Counted from the whole stretch's first letter, positions 23,809 through 37,722 are shown. The stretch: 62,506 bases of DNA, filler included, from Porpidia crustulata (GCA_964255105.1; 6 parts of 6 records of this genome joined end to end with filler, not necessarily neighbours in it), one strand, 5' to 3'. The notes: generated from the sequence alone by a model not told the origin. Numbers and translations: made by a program.

Positions 23809-25046
23809 TACATTTATCGAAGATAAGACAGATTGCAGGATGAGTAGTGAGCTCAAGCATCGTCGAGTTAAGGGCAGTAAGCTCTAGACGGGGCTAAATG
23901 TACCACTCCAGCTTTGTTGCAGATGGAGGGTTTTCATTCTCTGTGACACGGCAGGCTCTGCACTTGTTATTGTGGTCAGTATGACGGATTGAAGGGAGTA
24001 TAGCAGTCTGAGGATCACACCCATAGGCTTGACTTGCCTAACCTCTCAACACATATGAGATCAAGTATTTCAGCATGACTTTATGGTAGAATAGTCTATG
24101 CAAAATGTTGATTAATACTTTCCGCGTTAGGGCGCTACTCGTATTAGATACATTTTAGCCCAACCGCGAGAGTAACCCGGCGCGCGATTGAGGTGAGCTA
24201 CGAGTAAAGTACCGTTGCGTAGTACGTATCTATGTATTATTGTAAAGAAATGAAATCATACTCGGTTGGCACCGAGGGCAGCCGTGCACTCTCTGCTCTA
24301 TCATTCTTTGGATCAACCGGCAATATAGTATGACCTATCATAGTCACTCGCATAGTCTGGGGCATACGTCATGCAGTCTTTCATGCAAGTATCTGCACTC
24401 AATTAAGAGCGGTCTGAGGCCAAGACCAAATACATGCCGAGTGTATCCATACTAAAGACCAATGTACGCGAATGCAAGCATCGTCGATATGACGATCTCA
24501 ACATTTGATACAGTCCGACGAGATTACCATCATGCGAGACCGGACTACAAACTTTGGGGGAGACTACAGGCGAGCGGGTGGTCTACCAGACTCTCGGGCT
24601 TGTTCAGCGATGAATCTACCTATAAAAGATTTCATGCAATGGCAATCACTTTCACCTCTTTAGCGATACCTCTTTATGTGAGGTAGCAGGTGCCGGAACA
24701 TGATCACATTCAAGCATTCTGGCACTACTTTCTCGAGCACCGTGACGCTTCACCAATCACGCAGTGTTGGTCGCCCTCGTCCTGATCGGGACAGATCGTT
24801 GTGGTCATATTGATATTTAATTAGCCATTGCAGTTCGTTGCTCGACTCTGCCGACCTAAAACCGCAGAAAAGCACTCGATATCCGTGGACTGATATCTGG
24901 TCCCCCCTTTCAAACTACATCTCAGTATTGAAAACTGTTGCAGTGGTTGCAAAGTCGTCCAAACATAAAGAGACTGTTTTGGAGTTGTCAATCCTGCTGT
25001 CTCGTCTTCAATACTTGTGGGTTTTGGACTCTCCAACATCTCGAAA

Positions 25047-25824
25047 ATGCCCATGCCTGTGACAGAAGTTGCCTTCGTTCCTCTCCGGGCCGATGCTGAC
25101 ATTGACAATATTTCTTCCCCAGATGGCAGGAAATGGAAGGCCATTGTTGACTCTGTGTGTGATAAGCAAGGTTTCATCTCTGGGCATCTAGGCCGCCAGC
25201 ATGAAAACCATAATACTATTATGCATTTTATTGGTACGGTACTTTCCTCGTGTAGACGGAACTAATAGGAATTCGATATTGACTCCTATGGCAGACTGGG
25301 ACTCATTAGAATCACACGAGCAATTTATCGATCACCCGAGCTACGCCTCTATAATAGCAGAATCGGCAACCCTCGAGGATGGTGACGGTAGCTTTTACCA
25401 CGTCTCCCTTCATTCTCCGACAAATGCCCGGACGACGACTCTCTCTCGTCTGTTCCAGCCTATGGTCCCTGCGGTGACGCAGCTCCAGACTTTATATTTC
25501 CTAGGGACTATCTCTCCTTCCGACGCGATGAATTTCTTCAATGCATGGCGAGACTGCTATTACGAAGCGGTCGGAAATTTTGATGGACTCAGGTGTGTAG
25601 GTGGGGGATGGGCTGTAGAAAGTCTTGATAGAAAGGAGATCTCGGGAGGGTCAGCGAGAGCATTCTGCATAGTCGAAGGCTGGGAGTCTGAGGAAAAATT
25701 GCAGGCATTTCGGAAGACTGAAATCTACAAAGGAGTCCAAGATTTGGAGTTGCATGCTAAAGTCTCGGAAACTTGGACCGTCAAGCTTGTTAATCAGTCT
25801 GACAGTGGATCGCACCACTACTGA
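25047..25824 (+). CDS. Dimeric alpha-beta barrel (ABM-like) protein, 2 exons (25047-25233, 25295-25824)
   Basis: MPVTEVAF..GRQHEN..FI|DWDSLESHEQF and a second repeat with GGGWAVE..GWESEEKLQAFRKT, typical of fungal two-repeat ABM-fold proteins. Confidence 0.75.
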
Positions 25825-26904
25825 TTTTGTCGATTGCATATCAAAAGCTATTCTGGGATGATACCAGGAGGCGCCTACCGTACCAACAACGAAGGACTCA
25901 TTTACGAGGCGGAGAACGGGGAGCAAAACCCACTTTCAGACCATCAAACTTACCCACGATTTCCTTATTCCTTCATTCTTCCAACGATCATTGAAAGAAA
26001 TATTTCCTTTGCCATCTTTCTTCTTTAATCGACGGATGAGCGCTTTATTGGTTGGACATCAAAGTATGGCCCTCTCCCGATTGCTGGCTCGCTCTTTGCA
26101 TTTCTAGATGCGATTGACTCAAAATGCGATGTTGGCACCAATATCAAGATGCCGGTGGTGGTAGGGTCAATGCCGCGGACAGTAATAAGCAGAAGACTAC
26201 GTCTGCACCTGCGAGATCACAGCTGTAGGCCTCGGTTATGGTGAGACCGACAAATTTGCGATGGATATAGGACATGCCGACCTTAGATGCATCAGTCATG
26301 ATAGCAGAATCAAAGCGCTCGAACAATGAATCAGGCCTTGTAGTTGCGATCGCCACAGCTGCATTGTTAAATGCATGCGCTTAAGTAGCATCCTAAGCTG
26401 CTTGAAGGGACGAAAATCTAGCTACCCCTCGCTTTCGGGTGCGCTATCTACATAGCTGTGGTATGAGGTCTTTGATGTAGGCCTCAGGGTAATTAGAATG
26501 ATGATGAAATTGATGAAAGTTGTTTCACTTTTCAGAACAGAGATCTCTCACAGGAGATCATGTCATTTTATTCTCAGCGAGGAGACACCATTCAGTTGAA
26601 GGTCTCATGCTAAATACTGTACAGGATGGACGCTACAAAGGCGAATTCTAGAGTTTCTGATAACAGCAGGAGATTCGTTGGCTGTGTGGAGCAGTAACTT
26701 GATCTTCGATTGGCCTGTTATGGCTCGACTCTACAAAGCGACATTAGTGGGTATGCACAAAGCATGCAAGAACTATGCACGAAAGGAGGAAGGTGACTAG
26801 ACGTTTCTTTCACAACATTCTCCAAGTGCACAACTATCTTAAAGGCCAGAGGCTCAGTCTTTTTTCTTCGACGACAGGGTGTGCGAAATTTGACTAATTC
26901 AACA

Positions 26905-28668
26905 ATGGAAAAAGCAGAGCATTTAGATCAGGCGCAAAAATCGTTGGACAGATTGTCGGAAGACCCCATTATCGAAGCTCCTATCAATGTCTCAGGTCAT
27001 CGTCAAGAGCTCGATCGTAATTTCAGCCTCTTGAGTCTCTGCGGGTTTGTGGTCACCAGCGGATGTACATGGACCTCACTGGGCGGCAGCATAGTGTGTC
27101 GTTCTCTACTACTCATACATTGAGCCAGATCTGACTGGTACCAAGGTCGTAGCAATCTATAATGGTGGGCCACCTGGCGTTATATACGAGTTGTGCGTAT
27201 TTCCTTGGATCAATATCGACTCTAATAGCTTACTATTGATCAGGTTCGCAGTAGAGGTCTTCTATTGGATGATTGCTGCCTCAATCGCTGAGCTCGCCTC
27301 GGCGATGCCCTCGGCCGGTGGAGGTTCGTTGTTGAGCTTAAAACCTAATTCTCCGAAGCTGAAAGCCAACAGTTTATCACTGGGCATCAATCACGGCCGG
27401 ACGACATGGTCGAATCTGCGGCTGGTTCGCCGGCTGGTGGAATGTCCTTGCATGGATCTTAGGAATTGCTGCAATGGTCCAAATTGCTGCGGCTCAGGCA
27501 GTCTCAATGTACGCGTTGTTCCACCCGAGTTTCACACCTCAGCGATGGCACGTCTTCGTTGCATATCTCATCTCTACATGGATGTGTGCCTTTCCTGTTC
27601 TTTTTGCAAACAAGATACTCCCTATGGTCAATTCCCTGGCTGGGGTGCTGACTGTTACCGGCGTGCTGATCACTATCATTATCTGCGCTATAATGCCACA
27701 TCAGCATGCCACAAATTCTTTCATCTGGCGTGATTGGCAGAACACTACGGGTTACGAGAGTAACGGATTTGTATTCCTTCTTGGCATGCTCAACGGAGCT
27801 TTCTCAATTGGCACCCCTGATGTCTGTTCACATCTCGCAGAGGAAGTTCCAAAGTAAGTAATTCAATCCGGAGCAACCCTATCGCGGAATGGAATTCGCT
27901 AAAGCAACGTCCAGTCCAAGTGCAAATCTGCCGAAGGCTATCTTGGCACAATACGTATGCGGGCTTCTCACAGCCCTATTTTACCTCATTGCGATACTAT
28001 ACGGAATATCGGATCTTCCTGGCGTTCTCAATAGCACCTATCTTTTCCCATTAACGGATATCTACCGCCAGGTCACTAATTCAGCAGCTGGAGCTTTTGG
28101 TCTGCTATTGCTCGCCTTTGTGCCATCAGTCCTCACAATCATTAGCGTGTACATTACAGTTAGTCGTGGACTCTGGACGCTAGCTCGTGACAATGCTGCA
28201 CCGTTCAGTCCACTATTTGGCCGTATCAATCACAAACATCGGAATCCTTTCAACTCCATACTTCTCTGCGCTATCATGGTGATGCTCTTGGGCTTTATAT
28301 ATCTCGGCTCGTCTACAGCATTCAACGCCTTTGTAGGATCCTTCGTCATGTTTTCCTCGCTCTCCTATTTGATGGCTATCCTACCACATTTGTTAAGCAA
28401 AAGATCTAAGATCACGCCTGGCTGGTTCTGGATGAAGGGTATCACTGGATTCGTTGTCAACGGCATAGCTTGCCTTTATATCGTAGCCTTCACAGTCATC
28501 TTTAGTTTCCCGTTTTCTTTGCCAGTCACTGCTGGGACGATGAATTATACAAGTTTGATCACGGGTGGTCTCTCGTTGTTCATTGCGGCATTCTGGTTTC
28601 AGCGCAAAAGGGATTATGTAGGACCTCAGGATTTGCGGGGGCGAGCCTTGGCTGAAGGAGCCATGTGA
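26905..28668 (+). CDS. APC-family amino acid/choline/GABA permease (HNM1/UGA4-like group), 5 exons
   Basis: SGHRQELDRNFSLLS, NGGPPGVIYE, SIAELASAMPSAGGVYHWA, GTPDVCSHLAEEV, SSTAFNAFVGS and MNYTS; many TM segments; spliced frame is intact. Confidence 0.9.
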
Positions 28669-29764
28669 ATTTGTTCTATTGAAGACATCTGGTATCGTAT
28701 AGCACAGTACTACCGGTTTGATTAATACCATTCCTCATCGATGCGTGAGTGCGGCGGTTCTTGTCCAAAGCCCGTCACAGGTTTTAGCTCGTGTATAATA
28801 CCTTAGCTAAACCCTTGAAATCCGGAGAGAATCAGGTTGGTTCCGCCTTGTATGTAGGTGGGAAAAGAATGATGCAGGTGGGGGAGATCAAGCCACTGAT
28901 TGAGTAAGAAGTGATGGACTTGGTCGGAGCCCGAGCGGAACGAGTCAACTTGCTAGTGTGCAGTCTAAGCCTTGATGCCAATGCTTCAATTATGAGGTTG
29001 AGGATCATACTCGGGCCACGCTGAGGGCATCAACCAAAATCCCTCCTTATCGTTTATCAATGCAAATGATCACGGCAAAGAGCTTCATTCGGCTCTTGTA
29101 GGGACTCTACCCGCCAGACCGGGTTGCTAAATTGCTGCCGTACTTCAGTGGGTTGAGATCCGTCGAATCTAGTTCTTATGCAAGATCTGACCAAGATATC
29201 GGAGGAGCGCTCAAAAACTCCAGATCCAAGATCGAGGATAGCATTAGACTCGGATACCGGATGATACCGATTTGGGTCATGCAAAACATCGACGGAATCA
29301 AGCTCGTGTATCTGGTTGGCTCTGCATGCCCGACAGATATCATTATCTGCTAATTGCATAACTCGCCGAGATGGTTCGTCCTCGTTGCTCACTGCATATA
29401 ATTGCATATCGGACACTCTCTGCAAACAGACAAGGCAAATTGCAAGCTCTGGAGAGGAGAGCCGGGTCATGAGAACGCCTGTGCTGGTTTTCCCCCATTA
29501 TCTGGCCGCTTGTTGGTTGGAGAATTTTATGATTACCTCACAGCTTCGATTGACAGGGCTAGCTTTTAAAGTGCTTTGATCAGCACAATGCCCTTGATTC
29601 ATTGATTCATTCCCGAGAGAAATCGGTGAGCTAGCTTGAGACCTGTCGACCGAGGATGTCCGTCATCGAGGGAAATGTTTTGTCTCCATTTTGCCGCTCT
29701 TGACTTTGTCGTTTCTTCCTACCAGTATCGTGACGAGCCTGTGGGACAAGCTATTCCTTCAATA

Positions 29765-31229
29765 ATGTTTTCTTTAAAGTCCAACAATTCCTCGAAGCCG
29801 CCGGTCTGGCTCAAATTTCGATCGTCCACTTGGTATATAGGCACCATTGTCTCCATTGCTATTTTCACTGTAAATATCTTCTCTCGGTCATGAAGAAAAG
29901 CCTGATGCTTACGTAGACATAGGATGGCTTTTCTTATGGAGTCGTGGGTGCCAGAATCACCATCGATGTCGTACTAAGATGACTGACAGGCAATGGCCAT
30001 AGATTGTCCCGGTTCTTCCTTTCTCCCTCACCGATAGGTTGGGTGTACCACCTAGCGAAGGTTAGATCTCCCTATATATAAAGCAATTAGAAGCCCTACG
30101 AACTGACCTGTACAAGTTCAATTCTGGGTGTCAACCCTTCTCGTGGCCCATGGCGCAGCAATGACCGCGATATCCCGTAAGCTGTCTCACTATGAAGGTC
30201 AAGCAAAAATCATGATGAGCTTACGAAAAGCATAAGCGTTTGCCGGATGGTTGGCAGATCGAAGCGCTTCGCGGCAGTCCTCGTTCTATGCCGGACTCGC
30301 CATGCTCTTCTGCTCAACGTTGTTCTTCGCCCTCGGATCAAGCCCGAATATTCTTATTATTGCGCGTCTCCTTCAGGGTGCCGCTTCTGGCATCGTCTAT
30401 ACCGTCGGCTTGGCTTTACTGGCCGATACCGTAGGCCGGGACGAGATGGGGGCTTGGATGGGTTTCGCTTTCTCCGGCTTGAGTGTCGGGCTCATGATAA
30501 GCCCGTTCCTCGGAGGCATCATTTACGCCAAAGCCGGGTACTATGCGGTATTTGCCATGACACTTGGGGTCATTGCCTTTGACTTCTTCTTACGTCTGTT
30601 CATGATCGAGAAGAAGACTGCGGTGAAATGGCTAGAGGGTTCGAAAGATGGAAATAATTACGGCACATTCCCTGTGAATCCAGATGAGAGCAGTCCAAGA
30701 CCTATAGCCCCCAGTGACGGTGACCGCGAATCGCTCGAGAGCGATCCCATGCCCTCGAGTGGACACTCGGATGACGATGACCTCCACAAGCCTGTGATTC
30801 CAGAATTAGAACCAGCATCTACCACGCATTACAAACGCCCACGCATGGCAAAACGTCTCGTTAGACGAATAAAGGAACGCTTTCCAACTACGTACACTCT
30901 GTTGAGCTCGACCCGCATGGCGGCCGCAATGTACGGTGGTTTTGTCCAAGTCAGTCTGTTTGCATCTTTTGAGAGTACCCTGCCACTCTTCATGCGCAAA
31001 ACCTTCCATTGGGATTCTTCCGGCACCGGAGTAATCTTCCTGGCCATCACGATCCCGTCTCTCGCGTCACCGCTGTTGGGAGCGCTCTCCGACCGCTTCG
31101 GCACCCGCAAGGTCGTCCTCGGAGGCTTTGGAATATCTACGATTACAATAGCGCTGCTCTCGCTCGTGACTCATAACAGTGTCCGTCAAATCGCGCTCCT
31201 CTGCGTATTACTCGCATTCCTAGGTAACC
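29765..31229 (+). CDS. MFS transporter (vesicular amine transporter-like fungal group), multi-exon, 3' truncated
   Basis: FT|DGFSYGV|IVPVLPFSL, GWLADRSASRQ, ARLLQGAASGIVYTVGLALLADTVG and GALSDRFGTRK; includes a 21-nt exon at 29923-29943. Confidence 0.9.
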
Positions 31230-31329
31230 NNNNNNNNNNNNNNNNNNNNNNNNNNNNNNNNNNNNNNNNNNNNTTAATTAATTAANNNNNNNNNNNNNNN
31301 NNNNNNNNNNNNNNNNNNNNNNNNNNNNN
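31230..31329. other. Artificial contig linker
   Basis: 44N-TTAATTAATTAA-44N. Confidence 0.98.
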
Positions 31330-32528
31330 CCTCAACCCCTCCCGTTCCCGACCTTCCTGACCTGCAACATCAAAGGCTTCTCCTCCATCTCCTTCTCTAT
31401 CTCCTCATATCTCTCCTTTTCCCCGCTCCCCAACCATCTTCCGTCCGCTTATGAAATGCCGACAAAGCTCCAAGGTGCTCCTACCTGATGTCGTGGAGGA
31501 ATTTGTAGGCCCACGCTCGTGCATGATTGTCATAGCTGCTGCGAATGTCACGACCCTGTGGGCATGACCAACTTTTCGGACTGCCAACACCGTATCCACG
31601 AATTAGCTTGTCGGCGTTATTATCATTCGTCAATGGCGCAGTCCAGCATGCTCAGCTGCTTATCCCAGTCCTCCGAGTTCATGGTGTATGTTTCGGACAT
31701 TGCAGGATCATAATGATTCAAGCCGCACTAATTTTTTCTGGTCTATATATGATTGCTCTACCTCCACACCTCCACTAAACGTGGTCCACGATATCTAAAA
31801 GAATTGCATTGGCTTTGTGAACCTTCTGGGTCCTCCTAGCATCGCTGACTTTGAGTCCAATAAAGTGTGTGCCGTAGAATATCGGATCCGGAAGGAAATT
31901 GCACAGATGAGGTCCAGCAACCTCCATTAACCTGCTGGCAAGCGGAAAGCTTTACTCCAGAGCGTCGAATAGCTTGGGCGTGATATCCGCTCAGTATGGT
32001 CTGTCAAGGAAATGATGCAAGTCTCCAGTAAGACTTGGCTTCCAGCCAATGCCGGAATCAGCTGCACGGAATTTCGAAAGCTGATCGAGAAACCACTCTT
32101 GGGGAGGCAGGTCTACTCCCTTTCCCGAAGACGTCGATATAACCTAAGTCTTGGTTGCTGTGGTGGCCGGAAAAGCCCTGCTCTACGCTTGATAAGGCAA
32201 TTATCCTGGGTTATAAGAATTTTGCAGCATAATAAATGACGTGTCACTTCGGAATATGGAAAGTCAAGACAGCCAACGGATCTAGGACCATGATGGCTTC
32301 ACTTTGAGATAACTTCCTAGTTAGGAGCAATGAAAGGAAGAGAGGGGACAAAGCATAATAGCAGTGTGTCGTACAAGCCATTCTGCTTCATTATGTTGAC
32401 TACCCCTAAAAGATACTGCGTGGACTGCATGTATTGTGGACTTTCAGAGGATTGCAACAGCTTCAGGCATCAAACAACAGGCGTATGAAGAACGTTATGT
32501 TGATTGCACGTCTGTCAAGAGATCGCAG

Positions 32529-35500
32529 TCAGCGTCTTCCTTTTGCAACCTCCTCTAGATATCCGAGTAAGAATCTCCTGTCTCCCTGTGACCTTTTAGA
32601 CTCCATTCCACCGCTCTTCGTTGTTTCTTCCGAAATTGGAGATACTATACTACCTAGCCGCGATCTTGAAGTTTGTGGAGACGCGACCGCAGAGATTCCC
32701 TGTCGGGAGACCATTCTTTCCGACAGTGGGCTGATCGGAGTTGTAGAGCTGAAATTAGGGACTACGAATGAAGGGATGGTATTGCTGGAAAGAGAGACAA
32801 TGTTGTCTTCATGTCCTTGACTTTGAGGTAATCGCCGATCGAGGATTAAAGGTTCCTTTGAGGGGTGGATATATTGGGACAACGGCCGATGTAAGGACGC
32901 CTGAGGCTGGGGAGACTGATCAATAGGTCGACGAAGTATTTGTGGTTGAAACGGCACCGGAATATTGTCAACAGATTTAACAGCTTTAGGGGCTACCGTG
33001 TTTGACTTCGCAGAAGCTGGCTGTTTCCCCTGACCTGCCCGCGGAGCGAGATGTGGTACAAGAGGGCCGGGTAAGATTATTGGGTCGATCACTTCCGGCT
33101 CTTTCACTATTCTTCCAATATCCGTTTCACCCTTCTGTTCCTTAATCTTCTGATTAATTGTGTCGAAATTAGGAACATTTAATGGACCGTTGACAGTAGC
33201 AGACATGGGAGATTTCCTAGCTTTGCCATTCTTATTTGGTACCTCTAAGTTAAAGTGCTTGCCGCTCTTGTAATTGTGTGTGTATGATGAGGGACGCAGC
33301 GAAGTTGCCGGATTGTAACCAGGGCTGGGCATTGCTGATAATTCAACTGGAGGACCCGGTAATTCTAGAGAGGTCGTTCCTTTTTGTACGTGCTCCCCTA
33401 AAGTAGATGGCTTTCGAAACAAGTTAAGTAGAGCAGCCTTGTGATCCAGGTTCGAGGTACTTATCTCTTCTACCTTAACAGGAAGCATTGGCAGATATGT
33501 TTTGCTAAAGTCAGCTCTGGCCTCTACCGGTACATCTTTTGACAAAGACTTCGGAGCATTCCTAGCATGTTCCATTTCAGCGACAGCGAATTTGTGCTTA
33601 TGCTCACCGATATTAGAGTTGAAGGATGGGGAATACAGGTGAGTGCTTTCATTTGCCTGTGCAGATGGCATGGTCGGTTTCTCAACCCTGACTACTTTTC
33701 GCTGGTTTGCTTGATCGTCAACCTTTATCTGACGCCAAGTCTCTTTCATCACCGGCAGTTGGGACTCCAGTCGAAGACCAGCGTGAGCCTCCTCGGCAAA
33801 ACGCTCTGCCTTTTTTTCAGCACTTCTGCAATTAAATTCTGCAATTTCTCGGTCCGAAGTGGCCTGAAAGTTTCCCCATGCACCTAGTTTAGACTTCTGC
33901 TGATCAAGGTTGTCATGAGGAGTCATTCTAATGTGTAAATCTCGCTCGTATGACTGCTCTGTCAGTGGAGACACCTCTGAATGCTTGTGGGGCTCATCGA
34001 TATTGTCGATTACACATAGATGTGCCGCTGATTCTGCTCGTTGGACTGCCACGGGAGCTTCGGTAGTCCGATTCGCCTTGAACAGATCTAGGAGTGCTGA
34101 GGAATGCGTAGTGAGCTTTGGAGGTGGTAATTTACTGGCTGAGGGTATAAGGGAAGGAAGATTGCTTGGATGGTGAAATGGTCGAGAAAATTCAGGATCA
34201 CCAGTGCGTTGATAAGGAGCCTGCACTTGACGATTCGAATGCGCTTTGGCCATAGGCGAAGGTGGAGATGCTGTTGGATTAGGCGGCTGATGAAGGCGCT
34301 GTGCCGGTACGAGGTTGTGAGTAATAATTTGGCCCTGATGATTGGGTTGGAAAGGCTGTTCACTTGTGTGAGGGGGTGGTATCGGAAGATGAGCCATGTG
34401 TCGAGGTTGAGAACGTGACAATGTGTCAGGAACACGAGGGGTTTGCAGGGGCAATTGTGGATTTAAAACCAGATTATGCTGGATATGCGTCTGATTACGA
34501 CGATGTGGTGAAGGGGGTACTGCTGGATGTTCAATCACCTGATCAAGAGGTGTCTGAGGCACCTGCTCGCCCATAGTATCTTTACCCCTTAGAAGAGCCA
34601 TGAGCGCATTGGAGTCCTTTCCGTTAGGAGTGGCATTTCCGGGGGTGCGAGGCTTTGGATCAGGCGAGTGATTCACATCGTTTGAGGCTGCGTGGGTCTC
34701 TAAGTCAATAAAATTGCTGAGCTGGGCAGCTACGTCTTGACTACCATCGAGTGGCTTAGATACTTCGGGTAGGTCCGTCATACTGGAAGGCTGCCTTGAA
34801 TGCCGGAGACTTGCCAGTAGTCTTCCCATGTCGTCAGCAGTTGATGCTGTATCGGGCCCAAGGCCAGGCGTCCGATCGTCAATCGATACTTGCGTCTCAT
34901 GGATAGTGTCAGACACATGAGATAATTGTCCCTGGCCGCTCAGCTTGTCAAGCTTTCTCTGTTGTGCAATCCATTTGTTCAACGAACCCAAGAACGGAGC
35001 AACCATGTAAAACCTGTTAGCGTTTGTGGCTAGATCTTCGGCTCGACCTTCTGGCTGCTGTTTCTTCTTTTTCAAGGTGGGGAGATCTGATAGCTTATAC
35101 CACTGTATCTTGCTGATCTCCTTTCTCGTACGAGGCTCGAAGTGTGTGTCCATGGGGACACCTCGGAAAACATACAGTCGCATGTGCTGTTCTCTCATAG
35201 TCACATCAATGTGCTTCAATTCATCATTTCCTGCAAGCCCAGCTTTCTTGATATCAAATCCAGTTTCTTCGTATACCTCCCTGATGGCACAATCAAGGTC
35301 CAATTCGTCCTTGTTGATTTTCCCTCTTGGAAAGCTCCAACTAGCTGCCTTCTTCCAGCCCTTAACTAAGACCACTTCATCCATTTCTTGATTGATCATG
35401 ATAGCTCCTCGGACAGGGACACGTGTTTTGTATGCCAGAAACTCCGAAAATGCCGCCGAATGATGATATGATGAGAATTCCGACAGTAATGGACAATGCT

Positions 35501-35854
35501 GAAAGATGCGGAGGCAGAAGTCTCGGAGATTGAGGGATGGAAGTTCGGGGTCAAGAGGCCGAATGAAATCTTCGTAAAACCATTGCGCTTCCTCTACTTG
35601 AAAGCATATTCGCTCTACTGATTCTAACTCTTCCTGAGGCAAGTTGATGATGAAGCGCACACACAGGTCATCCAGCCCTGTAGTTCGTTAGCGCTGTGAT
35701 TGATGATACCTACTAGATGGAGAGTTCGACACAGCACTTGAAGAGCAGGAACATGGGAGAGTTGGAGATCACTCGGTAGAGCATTCGCGGATAATGATAA
35801 TGAAGTTTCTTGGCGTTACTTACAGTCGACTAGCTGCATCTTTGTCTCTGTCAT
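32529..35854 (-). CDS. DCP2: mRNA decapping enzyme subunit 2 (exons 35854-35824, 35677-32529)
   Basis: Box A (WLDDLCVRFIINLP..ERICFQVEEAQWFYEDF), Nudix box GKINKDELDLDCAIREVYEETG and a long disordered C-terminal tail. Confidence 0.95.
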
Positions 35855-36601
35855 CCTGATCTACTTGCCTAAGCATTTCCGGCCTCGTGCTGAATACGTG
35901 TCCAAGAATTACGAGGCCTCAGCTCTAGACACGACGGCCGGTAATATTCTGCGGGCGATCTGGATTTTACTGTAGATCAATGCACCGCCACCAATCTTGA
36001 TGAGTACTTTAATCACTATAGCGGTAAACAGGCCAATATGTGGCGAGGGACTTAGACTTCTAGGTAATGATTCGTTTGGGTAGGGAGGTAGAATGTAATG
36101 GGGTGGTAGTACCAAAACGGCTCGTCACGATGAAGATGTGTGGCTGCAATTACGAAGACGGGGTATAGCGTGCACAGCCATGTATGGCGCAGCGTATGCT
36201 AGCTAGATCAGATGGCTGATAGCCGCCGGACCCTTGTCATTCCTGTGACGTAGAAAATAAACAAGCTTCGCTGCTGCACCAGTCAAAGTCCGCTCTAGAT
36301 CTTCAAGATTCACTTCTCTAACGTTGGCATTCATAAAGTCGCTCTACTTTCCAATAACTTCATTATGCTCATCCATCCTCAACGTACTGATTTAGTCTTC
36401 ATAGACGCCCACATTCGGTCATTGTTGTTTCATATCCGGTGAAACCTTTGTTCACTGGTAATGAAGGCTCACTTTCTTTACTGAGACATACCTACTTAAA
36501 CTCACATCGTTCGCAATTCTCAAAACTCCTCAAGCCGGTCTTCAACATCATTTCCCAATCCTACTATCAGCCTTTCCTTCAATTTTTGCGTTTAGATCAT
36601 C

Positions 36602-37405
36602 ATGGCCAGCATGGCGGCAAACCTGATCGGCAAGCATGTCCTCAAAGAAAATGCCAAAAATCGCTTCGGCAAAGAGGTATGGGCTTTGTTGACCAAACCT
36701 TCGTCGATAAATGACACTGATATCTCCCAGGATCCATACTTTGAGACAGTCCAAGCTACAAACGCAAATGGTCGTCCTTACGGGAAAGCGCGCAAACAAA
36801 AGAAACCAGTCCCCGAAGGCATTTCTGCCCATGACGCCAAAGTCCTTACAAAGGTCAAGCGCCGCGCATACAGACTTGATAACGCGATCAACATCTGTGG
36901 TATCAGATTCGGCTGGAGCAGCATTATCGGACTCGTACCCGCCGCTGGCGACTTTGTCGACTTTTTCATGGCATGGATGGTTATCAACAGCGCAAAGAAA
37001 GTCGAGGGAGGCCTGGACAAGAGTGTCGAAGGCAAGATGTGGCTGAATGTTATGATCGACTTTGCCATCGGCCTCGTCCCCTTCCTCGGAGATTTCGCAG
37101 ACGCTTTCTTTCGCTGCAACACCAAAAACGCCGTCGAACTCGAGCGAATGCTCATCAGACGTCGCGACAAAGCTCTCTCAGACGTTGAAAAGGCACATCC
37201 AGATGATGCAGACTTCCCTCCGCGCTATGAAGCTGCTGGCTACCAACGGAATGAGGATATAAGAGCTGAACCTACAAGACCCAAACCGGCGAAAACAGTG
37301 ACTGGAGGGTGGTTTGGTGGTGTAGGTGGACGTGTACAACCTCCGAGGGATGCAGAGAGGGGCGAGATCGTTGCGCCGGCTCGACCGCCAAGGCCTAGAG
37401 TGTAA
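36602..37405 (+). CDS. DUF4112 family membrane protein (intron 36677-36730)
   Basis: KVKRRAYRLDNAINICGIRFGWSSIIGLVPAAGDFVD..IGLVPFLGDFADAFFRCNTKNA. Confidence 0.85.
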   Translation: MASMAANLIGKHVLKENAKNRFGKEVWALLTKPSSINDTDISQDPYFETVQATNANGRPYGKARKQKKPVPEGISAHDAKVLTKVKRRAYRLDNAINICGIRFGWSSIIGLVPAAGDFVDFFMAWMVINSAKKVEGGLDKSVEGKMWLNVMIDFAIGLVPFLGDFADAFFRCNTKNAVELERMLIRRRDKALSDVEKAHPDDADFPPRYEAAGYQRNEDIRAEPTRPKPAKTVTGGWFGGVGGRVQPPRDAERGEIVAPARPPRPRV

Positions 37406-37722
37406 TTGTATCTTCTTCAAGGCCTGGCTGTACCGGAATGGTAAAGAATAGTCAGAGATGGCTTTTCCAGGCGTAATTGTATTTCATGCATTATGTCAAT
37501 AACGAGCAATGCGATAGAAAATCTTTGCGACTTGAAGCGCTAGGAAGCATTTTTTGGTATCTTGTAGTTTTGAGATGGTGGGCCGTCGTGAGATAGTATA
37601 ACTATAACGAAGAGACTAGGTGAAAATCTAATAGACTTATGATGGTAGGGAATATGCGGCGTAGACGCGACTGACCACAAATTGCGAGATCCTGACGGTG
37701 TCCGAGAAGTCCATCTGCTTGA

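Noticed and set aside
27141..30236. AAG 3' splice sites in the permease and MFS genes
   Set aside because: A known minor acceptor type in fungi; reading frames stay intact.
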